Below the pieces are notes generated by a model. That model saw nothing but the letters and a program-made list of their open reading frames with translations, made no database searches and was not told the origin of the DNA. From assembly GCA_031372065.1 (NCBI GenBank), contig JANMKN010000070.1, positions 1 to 39,235 of the forward strand: DNA of 39,235 bases, written 5' to 3'. The stretch comes from Abditibacteriaceae bacterium (GTDB lineage Bacteria > Armatimonadota > Abditibacteriia > Abditibacteriales > Abditibacteriaceae). Within the stretch, counting starts at the first letter, position 1, and every line of letters begins with the position of its first letter. This document shows, in pieces, positions 18,000 through 28,000 of the stretch. A program made the position numbers and the translations under genes.

Positions 18000-18674
18000 A
18001 TGGCACGAACTTCAATGAGTGGGTTTTTCGACGCGGTTAATAAGTTGATTACCAACAGCCGCGCATCAAGCGAGATTATGGCGGCGCTGGATACGCAGGG
18101 CGTGACGCCGGACGATTTGGACGAAGGCGAAGGTTTATTAGCCGTCGCCCAAGAAAAAGCCGGTTTGCAGGATGCCGCCACCGAAGCGTTGCGCTTGCAT
18201 ACGCCGATTTATCAAGCGGCGGAAAAGCAGGCGCAGGCGGATTATCAGGATTTAGTCGGCGCTTGCCGCGCGGAACTTTCGCCAGCGCAATTGAGAGCCT
18301 TGCAAATCAAGGAGATGCCCAGCAAACCCGCCAAATTCGTTTTGGTCACCAATACGCTGCTGGATGCCATTCCGCGCAACGCTGAGATTGCAACGGTGCT
18401 TGCCAATCGCAAGCGCAATGCGGCGCGATTGGCGCAAATTCGTTTGACAGTGAAAGCCTACGGTGACGCGGCGACGCGCTTAAAACTGCTCGAAGGCGCG
18501 CTCAAACAAGCCACTACCGATCAAAATAACGCCATTAGATCGCTGCGCGCATGGTTCACCAAAATCAGCCGCTTCGCACGCTTGGCTTTGAAATCGAAAA
18601 AAGGTTTGCTCAGTGAAATTCTGCCCCCGCCGCAGAAAAAAGCGGCCCCAAAAACAGGCGCCGCGCCGCAATAA
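18000..18674 (+). CDS. Hypothetical all-alpha-helical protein
   Basis: Strong AAGGAG RBS; Ala/Leu/Gln/Lys-rich amphipathic helices; no catalytic motif recognised. Confidence 0.85.
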   Translation: MARTSMSGFFDAVNKLITNSRASSEIMAALDTQGVTPDDLDEGEGLLAVAQEKAGLQDAATEALRLHTPIYQAAEKQAQADYQDLVGACRAELSPAQLRALQIKEMPSKPAKFVLVTNTLLDAIPRNAEIATVLANRKRNAARLAQIRLTVKAYGDAATRLKLLEGALKQATTDQNNAIRSLRAWFTKISRFARLALKSKKGLLSEILPPPQKKAAPKTGAAPQ

Positions 18675-18704
18675 ACAACAGGGGCGGGCATTTCCTCAAA
18701 CAAT

Positions 18705-18761
18705 GCGGGCAGGACGCCCGCTCTATTGCAACGGGCGCGAATGATTTCATTCGCGCCCGTT
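18705..18761. repeat. Two adjacent REP-like hairpins between convergent genes
   Basis: GCGGGC-AGGAC-GCCCGC, and a perfect 15-bp AACGGGCGCGAATGA-TT-TCATTCGCGCCCGTT overlapping the stop of the minus-strand gene. Confidence 0.7.
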
Positions 18762-19568
18762 TGATTGTGTCAACACGCGTTCAACCTCGCTTGCCCAACT
18801 TCCCGCGATGCGTTCCCCAGATTCCGCTTGGCCGCCGGTGGCATTCGGGCCGCTTAAAATGGGGCGTTTGCCGAGGGGAAAGCCGCCGACGGCTGCTTGA
18901 CTAACGTTGGCGTTGATGAAATGCAACGCCACACCGGCACGTTCTTTGTCGGTGGTGTTGGCGCCTGTCGAGTGCGCGGTGCCGTAGGCGAAAAACAGGG
19001 CGCCGCCCGCCGGAAGTTCGATGAAACGCGCGCGGTTTTCGTCGGGAAAGCAACGAATATGGTGATCGCTGTTGGGGTCGCGCGAATGCTCATATTCTTC
19101 GCGGAAACTGCCCGGAATCACGCGCATGGTGCCGTTGGCGATGGTGGCGTCATGCACGGCTGTCCATAACGCAGTGCCGCGTAACGGGTCGGCGATTTTG
19201 AAATAAGCGTTGTCCTGATGCCAGTTGGTGCCCGCGCCGTGTCGCGCTGGTTTGAGAAACACCTGATCGAGATGTAACAAAACCGGGTCGCCGATGAGTT
19301 GACCGACAGCAGAAATCACTTTTTCGGCAAACGGCATAGCGCGATAAAAATCGCTGTGCGGCGCCATCGGGCACAGTTGCAAATTAAATTGGCGCTGTGA
19401 GTGTGTTTTGCCATCGCCTTCGGTGGCGACGTTGTGCAGCTTGCCCTCTTGCTTCAATCGCTCCAATTCGATTTGCATGGCGCGCACTTCATCGGCCTCC
19501 CAGAAATCCGGCAGCGCTAAATAGCCTTCGCTGCGAAAGTGTTCAATCTGTTCGTTTGTGAATTGCAT
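18747..19568 (-). CDS. Phytanoyl-CoA dioxygenase (PhyH) family Fe(II)/2OG enzyme
   Basis: F..EGYL, WHQD, NGTMRVIPGS, TAHSTGAN...R. Confidence 0.9.
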   Translation of the reverse strand: MQFTNEQIEHFRSEGYLALPDFWEADEVRAMQIELERLKQEGKLHNVATEGDGKTHSQRQFNLQLCPMAPHSDFYRAMPFAEKVISAVGQLIGDPVLLHLDQVFLKPARHGAGTNWHQDNAYFKIADPLRGTALWTAVHDATIANGTMRVIPGSFREEYEHSRDPNSDHHIRCFPDENRARFIELPAGGALFFAYGTAHSTGANTTDKERAGVALHFINANVSQAAVGGFPLGKRPILSGPNATGGQAESGERIAGSWASEVERVLTQSNGRE

Positions 19569-19578
19569 GGTTTTTAAG

Positions 19579-19699
19579 AACCACAGATGCCCACGGATAA
19601 ACGCGGATATTATTGGGATTGGGTTTGGTATGGCTACGTCCCCAAAACAATCCCAATTGTTAAAAACTTATCCGTGCTTCTCCGTGGGCATCTGTGGTT
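19579..19699. repeat. 121-bp palindromic element with 10-bp periodic arms
   Basis: AACCACAGAT GCCCACGGAT AAACGCGGAT A versus the inverted copy (28/31); inner stem ATTGGGATTG/CAATCCCAAT. Confidence 0.9.
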
Positions 19700-20516
19700 G
19701 GAAATTTGTTGCGACGCGGCGGCCTTTGCCAATTAGTGCAGCGTATTCGATTTGTTGGGTTATCCAATGTTTCGCGTTTTCGACAGCTTTGTGCATCGGC
19801 ACATTTTGCGCGCGTTGCGCGGCTATGGCGGACGCGAGCATACAGCCAGTGCCGCGCACTTCGAGGCCTTGAATACGCGGCGACCTGAACCATTGAATAT
19901 CTTGAGGGCCACATAAAACGTCACAAGATTCTGCATCGTCAGCCTGCGCATCGCCTCCTTTTATGAGGACATAGGGAGAATGGTTTGGTAAAAATAGCAC
20001 ATTTTGAAGTTTTACAGCGAGTGCCTCTGCGTCACTTTGCCAATCTTTGACGGGAATATCCGGCGTGAATTCGCCGAAATTCAGGCTAATCGCCTCCGTC
20101 CAATTTGGTGTTACCAGTTCGCAAAGAGGCAGCAGCAATTCGCAGAGCGCAACTATAGTCTCATCATCCGAAAAGACGCCGCCCGATGATGGCGCGAAAA
20201 CCGGATCAACAATGATGGGCACCTTTAAATTTTTCAGGCGCGCCGCGATGATTTCGATGGATTGAACATTCGGAATCAGGCCGGTTTTTACGGCGCGTGG
20301 CGTGATGTCGTCTAATAAATGATCCAATTGCGCGGCGAGCAGGGCAGGGGAAACGGCTTCAAAGGTTTGCACGCCACGCGTGTTTTGCGCGACGACGGCA
20401 GTGACAATTGGCAAGGCGTGCGTGCCAAAAGCGGCGCAAGCGCGGGCATCGGCGGCAAGTCCGGCGCCGCCCGATGGGTCGGTGCCGCCGATAGTCAAAA
20501 CGCAAGAAATAGGCAC
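19668..20516 (-). CDS. thiD: Hydroxymethylpyrimidine/phosphomethylpyrimidine kinase
   Basis: TIGGTDPSGGAGLAAD, AQNTRGV, VKTG, VDPV, VTPN, IKGG, GTGC. GTG 20516 taken as the start. Confidence 0.9.
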   Translation of the reverse strand: MPISCVLTIGGTDPSGGAGLAADARACAAFGTHALPIVTAVVAQNTRGVQTFEAVSPALLAAQLDHLLDDITPRAVKTGLIPNVQSIEIIAARLKNLKVPIIVDPVFAPSSGGVFSDDETIVALCELLLPLCELVTPNWTEAISLNFGEFTPDIPVKDWQSDAEALAVKLQNVLFLPNHSPYVLIKGGDAQADDAESCDVLCGPQDIQWFRSPRIQGLEVRGTGCMLASAIAAQRAQNVPMHKAVENAKHWITQQIEYAALIGKGRRVATNFQPQMPTEKHG

Positions 20517-20583
20517 TCTTAATAGTGTAACGAGGCACGAGCCTTGCAAAAACTGTTGGCATCCCGAACTTTTGGAGACTCTC

Positions 20584-21459
20584 ATGGCTCATTCTTATAC
20601 AGCAACAGGAACTGGTGCGCTGGCAAAAACCGATGTCAACAAGCGGCGCAAAGTGTTGGTTACCGGCGCGGCAGGGCGCATCGGCGGTTATTTCGCCGCG
20701 AATTCGCACAGCAAATATGATTTGCGTTTGATGGTGCGCGGCGACGAAAAAGGCATCGAAAAATTGCGAGAATTCGGCGAAGTCGTCGAAGCCGATCTTG
20801 CCGATTTGGAAAAACTAAAAGAACATTGCGCGGACGTGGATACCGTGGTGCATATGGCGGGCGATCCTGACCCGTCAGCTCTGTGGCAGGATTTGCTAAA
20901 CGCTAACATCATCGGCGTTTATGATATGTTTGTGGCGGCCAAAGCAGCAGGCTGTCGCCGCGTGATTCATGCGTCTTCGATTCACGCAGTGTCCGGTTAT
21001 CCGCCCGATGTGCAGGTGAAGACTTCCGAACCCGTCAATCCGGGCGATTTGTATGGTGTTTCCAAGTGCTTCGGCGAGGCTTTGGGTCGTTATATGGCCG
21101 AAAAAGAAGGCTTGTCGGTGATTGCCTTGCGCATTGGTGCCTTTCAGCCGCTCGAAGCAGCGCGCGAGGAAAAAGCTATTGGAATGTTAGATGCGTTTGT
21201 GTCACAGCGCGATTTGAATCAATTGATTGAACGCTGCATTGATGTCGAGAATTTGCAGTTCGCGATTTTTCATGGCCTGAGCAACAATCGCTTCAAGCGC
21301 TTGGATATTTCGGACGCCCGCGAATTAGTTGGTTACGAGCCGCAAGATGATACCACCGAATTAAATCCTCAATTGGCACAGTTGCGTTTGGATGAGAAAT
21401 TATCATCACACAGCGCCCTTGACGATGGACAAAAATCTGGTTTGCGCGCCGATTTGTGA
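20584..21459 (+). CDS. NAD-dependent epimerase/dehydratase (extended SDR, uronate dehydrogenase-like)
   Basis: TGAAGRIG, ASSIHA, YGVSKCFGE, LRIG; GGAG RBS before ATG 20584. Confidence 0.88.
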   Translation: MAHSYTATGTGALAKTDVNKRRKVLVTGAAGRIGGYFAANSHSKYDLRLMVRGDEKGIEKLREFGEVVEADLADLEKLKEHCADVDTVVHMAGDPDPSALWQDLLNANIIGVYDMFVAAKAAGCRRVIHASSIHAVSGYPPDVQVKTSEPVNPGDLYGVSKCFGEALGRYMAEKEGLSVIALRIGAFQPLEAAREEKAIGMLDAFVSQRDLNQLIERCIDVENLQFAIFHGLSNNRFKRLDISDARELVGYEPQDDTTELNPQLAQLRLDEKLSSHSALDDGQKSGLRADL

Positions 21460-21500
21460 AAAACGCGTCACCGTTTGATATTTGATTTAAACTGAAAGCA

Positions 21501-22916
21501 ATGCCCCTAAACGAACAAAAATCACGAATTGCTTTTCTCCGCAACCCAGAAGGGCCGCTGGGAGTTTTTGTGCGATATCCGGTTTTGTTGCGTTTGGCTG
21601 CGGTCTCGATCTGCGCCGAAATCGCGTGGGCCACGCTGATTATTGTTTTGCAATATCACTTCAAAGACGATGTGCTACGCAACCAAGCCGAGCAGCTTAT
21701 TGGCGCCCGCGTGGCGACGGTGACTTTTGCCTTTGTCGCTTGCGAGACAATTCTCAAATATCCGATGGGCACGCTTAGTGATCGTTTCGGGCCGCGCCGT
21801 ATGATTTTTATCGCGCTCGGTTTGGCGATCATTTCACCGCTTTTGATGAGTAAAGCCACCGAATGGTGGCATTTTGTGCCTTTGCGTGCCTTGGATGGCG
21901 TAGCAGCGGCAGCTTTGTGGCCCGCGATGAGCAGTTTGATGGCGCGGAGTGTGCCTTCGGAGGCCAAAAGCGCGGCCATGAGCGTTTTTAACGGGGCTTA
22001 TTGTGCTGGACTGGCTATTGGGCCGATGGTCGGCTTGTATCTAGGGCACAAATTCGGCAACGCTACGGTTTTCCCGCTGTGTTCATTGGTATTGGCTGGC
22101 GGCTTAATAATAGCCGCATCCGTCTTGACGGGCGGCTTGGGAGATCGCGCGGTGGGCGACCATGAGGACGGTATTTCGCTGCGTGGCAAGCCGCAACTCC
22201 TGCGCATGATGGTGCTTTATGGCTTGTCGCAATGCGCCGTCGGCATGATGGCAAACGTGCTGGTGCTATATATTGACAAACGCTTTGGCATTCACGAAGG
22301 CGATTTGCCGCGTTTAATAGTCGTGCCTGCTTTATTCATTGGAGTTTTAGCGTTGCCCATTGGTCATATGGCCGATAAAATTGGAAGGGCGCGGGCCGTT
22401 TGGATTTCTTATGTTATGGCAACGTGTGGCATGGCTATTATCGCGGCCACCAGTTATTTCGAGCCGACCACCAAATTAATTTCGCTTCCCGTGGCTGTTT
22501 TTTGCGTTGGTCTGCTGCTTTTGGTGGCATGGTATATTTTAGGCACGCCTGCGTGGTTGGGTTTAGCTTCGGTGCAAGTGGACGAGGCGCATCAGGCCAA
22601 AGTGCTGTCGCTCATGCAAACCGCGCAAGGTGTGGGCGTGGTTTTGGGGTCGGGCATGGTCATGACTTCGAGCGCGTTATTAGTGCGTTCCGAAAATGCC
22701 TATTTGGCGTTGGGCCGAAAATTGCCCGAATTGCATTTCGCCGAGCGAGGCGCCCGTTTCGTTGAAATGGATGCTGTTCCTATTGTGTTTTGGCTATGGG
22801 CTGCGGCGATCGTTTTTTTACTTTGTCTCATCGGAACTTTGCTCTGGGTTAGGGAACCTGAACAATTGTTAGGAAATGTAGAGTTGCAGCAACCCGCCAC
22901 ACTCACTGAAGTCTAA
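21501..22916 (+). CDS. MFS transporter
   Basis: Motif A GTLSDRFGPRR and GHMADKIGRAR; about 12 TM segments. Confidence 0.92.
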   Translation: MPLNEQKSRIAFLRNPEGPLGVFVRYPVLLRLAAVSICAEIAWATLIIVLQYHFKDDVLRNQAEQLIGARVATVTFAFVACETILKYPMGTLSDRFGPRRMIFIALGLAIISPLLMSKATEWWHFVPLRALDGVAAAALWPAMSSLMARSVPSEAKSAAMSVFNGAYCAGLAIGPMVGLYLGHKFGNATVFPLCSLVLAGGLIIAASVLTGGLGDRAVGDHEDGISLRGKPQLLRMMVLYGLSQCAVGMMANVLVLYIDKRFGIHEGDLPRLIVVPALFIGVLALPIGHMADKIGRARAVWISYVMATCGMAIIAATSYFEPTTKLISLPVAVFCVGLLLLVAWYILGTPAWLGLASVQVDEAHQAKVLSLMQTAQGVGVVLGSGMVMTSSALLVRSENAYLALGRKLPELHFAERGARFVEMDAVPIVFWLWAAAIVFLLCLIGTLLWVREPEQLLGNVELQQPATLTEV

Positions 22917-22963
22917 AGCCCCGTTTTGAAGACGTGAAAGTCGAAGACGAAAGAAGGATTCTT

Positions 22964-23797
22964 ATGCGCAGTCCATTGACAAAAATTTTAAGCACAACTT
23001 TGGGTATCGCCGCGTTTTTTGGTTCGCTGGCGCACGCTGATACACCCCAATCCATTGGTTTTACTGGTGTTCGCCCCGATTTGGGCGCTGTCGAAGTGGA
23101 AAATGGTCACGTTTATGACTACACCTTCACCACAGCGCCGACGGATTGGCACGTCCAAAGCGGCGTTTGGGAAATGACCAATCGTTGGAGTTGCTCGCCC
23201 GGTTGGAGTTGGTTCGGCGGACGCAGCGAAGAAGTTGCCTCCATTTGGAACAAGCGCAAGTTTTCCGGCGATGTCAGCATCCAATTTTACTTTGCTTTCA
23301 AAATGGGCATGGACGGACAGCAATCGGCGTGGGCCGAGCGTCCTTCGGATGCAGCCATTAGTTTTTGTGGCGATGGGACGAATCTCGGCAGCGGTTATTC
23401 TCTTGTTATCGGTGCCGATAACAATCAGCACAGCGTTTTGATGAAGCAAGGTAAAGTGGTGGCTGAATCTATGGCGCCCGAAGCGTTGTTGCCCTCGTTC
23501 ATTGATGGCCGTGTGAATACCAATTTACTGCACCGCGCCTGGTGGTATGCCAAAATTAACAAAGTAGGCAATCGCGTCGAATGCTGGCTTGAGGGCAAAC
23601 TGTTATTCACTTACGATGATCCCGCGCCGCTGGATGCTGGGCAAATTGCTCTGTGGACTTACAATAACGGTATGATGCTCTCGCGAGTGCAAGTCTTCTA
23701 CGAAAACGAAGTCAAGCCGTCATACAAAAATCGCTCATTGATAGTCAGCGATGTGACCTCGAAAGCAACCGCTCCTGTCAAAGTCGCCAGCCGTTAA
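22964..23797 (+). CDS. Secreted hypothetical protein, probable ConA-like beta-sandwich (paralog 1)
   Basis: Signal peptide ending AHA; AAGGA RBS; Trp-rich, ending DP.PL..GQ.ALWTYN. Confidence 0.8.
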   Translation: MRSPLTKILSTTLGIAAFFGSLAHADTPQSIGFTGVRPDLGAVEVENGHVYDYTFTTAPTDWHVQSGVWEMTNRWSCSPGWSWFGGRSEEVASIWNKRKFSGDVSIQFYFAFKMGMDGQQSAWAERPSDAAISFCGDGTNLGSGYSLVIGADNNQHSVLMKQGKVVAESMAPEALLPSFIDGRVNTNLLHRAWWYAKINKVGNRVECWLEGKLLFTYDDPAPLDAGQIALWTYNNGMMLSRVQVFYENEVKPSYKNRSLIVSDVTSKATAPVKVASR

Positions 23798-23819
23798 TTT
23801 CTTCGATATTTGCAATCGC

Positions 23820-23857
23820 CACCTGCCAGACATTCCCGATCTGGCAGGTGTTTTTTT
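23820..23857 (+). terminator. Intrinsic terminator between the two paralogs
   Basis: CACCTGCCAGA / TCTGGCAGGTG followed by TTTTTTT. Confidence 0.85.
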
Positions 23858-23938
23858 GTGCGATTCAGCGCACCGTTAGCTATTGACAAGTGTCTGATAC
23901 TCTATCTTGAACGACGCGTTGATTTTGAAAGTGGCACT

Positions 23939-24772
23939 ATGAATGTCAATTTGAAGTGGTGGGCACCGCAATTTTTGTTGGTTGTGCTGCCTTTTTGCGG
24001 TGTGAACACTGCGCAGGCTGATGCCCCAAATGCCATCGGCATTCCAAGTGGCATGGTGTCGCTGAATACTGTCGAAGTGGAAAGCCGCAATGTCTATGAT
24101 TACACCTTTGCCACTGCACCCGCCGATTGGCGCGTGCAAAGCGGCATCTGGGAAATGACCAATCGTTGGGATTGCTCGCCGGGGTGGAGTTGGTTCGGCG
24201 GGCGCAGCGACGAAATTGCAGCCGTTTGGAATAAACGCAAATTTTCCGGCAATTTTTCGGCACAATTTTACTTTGCCTTCAAAATGGACTTCGTAAAGAC
24301 ACCAGCTTGGCATTACCACCCGCAAAACGTGGCTATTTCTTTTTGTGGTGACGGTAAAAACTTAGGCAGCGGTTACACATTGGTCATCGGCGCGGATAAC
24401 AATCAGCACACTGTTTTATTGAAAAAGGGCAAGGAAATCGCGGATTCGCGCGCACCCGAAGCCTTGTTATTCACCATGACCGATGGCTATCCACCTGCGG
24501 AATTACTGCACCGCCGTTGGTGGCACGTCAAAGTCAACAAAGTTGGCAAGCACTTGGAATGTTGGCTTGATAATAAATTGCTATTCACCCACGACGACCC
24601 CCAAGTGCTGGATAGCGGGCAGTTTGCTTTATGGACTTATAACAACGGCATCATGCTTTCGCGGGTGCAGATTTTCTACGAAAACGAAGTCAAACCGAAT
24701 TATCAAAGTCGCTCGTTAGTCGCTGCAAAAACACCAGTGCAAAAGCCTGTCGCCAAACTCGCCCAGCGCTGA
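23939..24772 (+). CDS. Secreted hypothetical protein (paralog 2)
   Basis: Signal peptide ending AQA; shares WEMTNRW.CSPGWSWFGGRS and other blocks with paralog 1. Confidence 0.8.
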   Translation: MNVNLKWWAPQFLLVVLPFCGVNTAQADAPNAIGIPSGMVSLNTVEVESRNVYDYTFATAPADWRVQSGIWEMTNRWDCSPGWSWFGGRSDEIAAVWNKRKFSGNFSAQFYFAFKMDFVKTPAWHYHPQNVAISFCGDGKNLGSGYTLVIGADNNQHTVLLKKGKEIADSRAPEALLFTMTDGYPPAELLHRRWWHVKVNKVGKHLECWLDNKLLFTHDDPQVLDSGQFALWTYNNGIMLSRVQIFYENEVKPNYQSRSLVAAKTPVQKPVAKLAQR

Positions 24773-25052
24773 TTATCTCGGTGCTGGGCGTCCACTTGTA
24801 GAACTCAAGGGATAACAAGTCCGTTATTCGCTATAGTTCATCAAGGGAACAGTGAAGAACCATTGTCAGTCTGATAAAATCTCTGTAACACGCAGCGCGT
24901 TTGTCAACACGGTTTTTTGCCTCAATTGCCCTGAAGTAACTCCCATTTTCCAAAAAATGTGGCAAATATGGCACCTCGCGAGACGTGGCGCGGTTTGCTG
25001 TGTCAAAATTCCCTGTCAATAATCGGGGAATTGTTGGACAAAGGATTTTTTT

Positions 25053-28000
25053 ATGAACTCTTGGTCACTGTGGATTAAACCGGCTTTATCAACGGTTCGG
25101 CGTGCAGAAATTGGTCGTTTGGGACAGGCCTTTTTGTTTGTGGTGCTGGCAATTTTGGCGGGTGTTGTGAGTAACACGCAATCCGCCAATGCCCAAGGGT
25201 ATCCAGACACTCAAACGGTTTATTTTGGCGATACACCTGTCAATCTCACTGTGTCCTCACAATGGAGCGGTGTGCAGGTTGCCACCAATGTTTCATTGGA
25301 CACAACGTCCCGCAGTGGCGGCGGCGGCACTATATATGAACGCCAGCGCATTGTGCTGTTTCCGGCAGTGAATGGTGTTGTAAAAACTGATGCTGAACTC
25401 AAAGCTTTGCCCGGTGCCAAGCGTGTGGTTCATGTGTTCAATAATGCTGGCTTGCCGCCGATTGTAGAAAGCGATGACATTTTAGTGCGCTTTCAGCCGG
25501 GCACAACAGCAGTGACGGCGCAACAAGTGGCCTTGAGTGTCGGTGCAGGCTTAGGAGCACCTTTAGGGCCACAGTCGCCTTCTGCATTTCATGTCTTCGT
25601 TAATACCAATACCACTGCTATTGCAGCTGCGAATGCGCTCCGCCAAAAGTCAGAAGTGATGTGGGCTTATCCGAACTTTGTCTGGCCGCGCAAGCAACGG
25701 CTCATGCCGTCTGATCCGCTTTTTGCTCAACAAGCTCACTTGCTCAATAGCGGGCAAAACAATGGTTTAGCTGGTGCAGATGTCAAGGCCGCGCAAGCTT
25801 GGGATCTCACAATTGGTAGTCCGCAGGTTACGATTGCCATTTTAGATAGTGGCATAGATATAGATCACGAAGATTTAGCGGGGCGCATTGTGGCTCCGCG
25901 CGACACCGTGGATGATGACAGTGATCCGCGCCCGATTGCTGGCGAAGATCATGGCACAGCGTGCGCGGGGTTGGCTTTGGCTTCGATTAATAATTCCCTC
26001 GGTGGTTCGGGTGTGGCTCCTAACTGTCGCTTAATGCCGATTCGCGTCATTACCAATTTCACCACTGTTGCCGATATAGACGAAGCATTTATGTGGGCAG
26101 CGAATAATGGGGCCGATATTCTCAGTAATAGTTGGGGGCCGCCAGATAACGTTCCACCTACTGATCCGAGCCAATTATTGCCAACCAGCACCAAGGATGC
26201 TATTGATTTTGTTACTACTTCGGGGCGCGGCGGTAAAGGCTGTGTAGTCCTTTTCGCTGCTGGAAACGGCACGGAAAATATGGACACCGATGGATTTGCT
26301 TCCTATCCTCGTGTCATTGCTGTAGGCGCCTCCAATAATCGTGATCGGCAATCAAGCTTCTCCGATTTTGGCACGTCTTTGGACGTTGTTGCGCCGGGTG
26401 GCGATTTTCCCACAGGTTTAATCACAACGGATCGCATGGGTGCTGCTGGATATGTTTCTGGCAATTACACCGCTGTAGGCGACGTTTTCGTCGGCACAAG
26501 TGCGGCTTGCCCAGTTGCTGCTGGTGTTGCTGGTCTTATTTTGTCGCGTAGCAACAGTCTGACAAATCTGCAAGTCCAACAAATTCTCCAAAATACCGCC
26601 GATAAAGTCGGTGGTGTTATTTATGATGTCAATGGCCACAACGATAATTACGGATCAGGCCGCGTTAATGCGTTTGCCGCACTGCAAAGCGTCGTTGTTG
26701 GGCCTCGTTTTTCAATTAGTGGCACGATTACACAAGTTGACTTAGTCACACCGGTGGCGGGTGTTACGGTGACGGCAGCGGCGTTTGGGGCCGTGACGAC
26801 AACGGCAGCGGACGGCACTTATACATTAGCTGGTTTGCCAGCGGGCACGACTACAGTGGTGCCCAGTAACCCTAATTTTTCATTCACGCCGCCCTTGCGG
26901 AACGTGTTTATTGGGGCCAGTGATGTGACAGGTGTTAATTTTGTGGCACAGGCCATTCCTAAAGTCACTTTAATTGACCCGCCCAGTAATACGACTATCA
27001 ATGCGCCGACTTACTTGATGCGTGCTACCACCGCTAACGATGCGGTTGTGCAGCGCGTGGATTTTGAGCGCTCAGGCGATCCTGTTGACTTTAACAAGGC
27101 ATCAATAATCACTATTCCCGATGCTGACCCGAATGGCCCCAGCGTGATTACCGACAATTTACCTGTTGCCACAACGGGGAATGCTGCCAGTGTGATTGTG
27201 CGCGTTAACATTTCACATCCACGCGTGCAGGACTTGCTCATTAACCTGATTGCGCCCGATGGCAAGCGGTATTTGGTTTATCCTCAGGCTTTGCCCAGTT
27301 TTGGCACCAGCCTCAACCTTGCTGTGCAAGTTAATGTCGGTAGCATTCCCCTCGCGGGAATCTGGAAATTGGAAGTCAGCGATACCGTTGATGCGCCGTT
27401 CGACCTGATTGGCAGTGGCACTCTGGTGTCGTGGGGCTTGACTATCAAACCATGGGTGCTAATCGCTTCTACAAACCGTCCTGACGCCGTTTCTGGCGAA
27501 TGGCAGGCTACTTGGCCGATCAGCCAGACGCCGCCCGGCACCTATGACGTGCGCGCCGTTGCCATTTCCAACACTGGGAATCAACAAGACGTGCATTTCA
27601 ATATCGTTATTCCTGCACCAACAATTGTGTTGCTAAATCCGCTGGACAACGATACCATCAATGCGCCCATAGACTTGTTGGCGCAGGCTACAGGTGTGGG
27701 TGTCATTCAGCGCGTGGACTTTGAGCGTCGGGGCAAAGCACCGTCGTTTAATAAGGGTAGCACGGCATCGCCGCTCAATCTGTTCATTCCCGATCTTTCG
27801 ACTGTATCTACGGAATTGATCGTTCCCGGTGGGGGCGTAGCTGTGAATGCTACTCTTCATTTGGAATTGCAACACGAATATATCGGTGACGTGGAAATCA
27901 CGCTTGTCACGCCCGATGGCACTCAAATTGTGGTGTTAGACGACACAACGCTAAACGATCCCAATTTTGTGCGCGATATTCCTTTGCCACAATTGGTCGG

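Noticed and set aside
23883..23908. TTGACA...TATCTT promoter before paralog 2
   Set aside because: The spacer is only 14 bp, so it cannot be supported as a canonical sigma70 promoter.
24955..25030. Possible c-di-GMP-I riboswitch upstream of the S8 protease (GGCAAA...GCGA loop)
   Set aside because: Only a weak hairpin; the second GCAAA and the P2 tetraloop-receptor arrangement are not evident. An Infernal/Rfam search would settle it.
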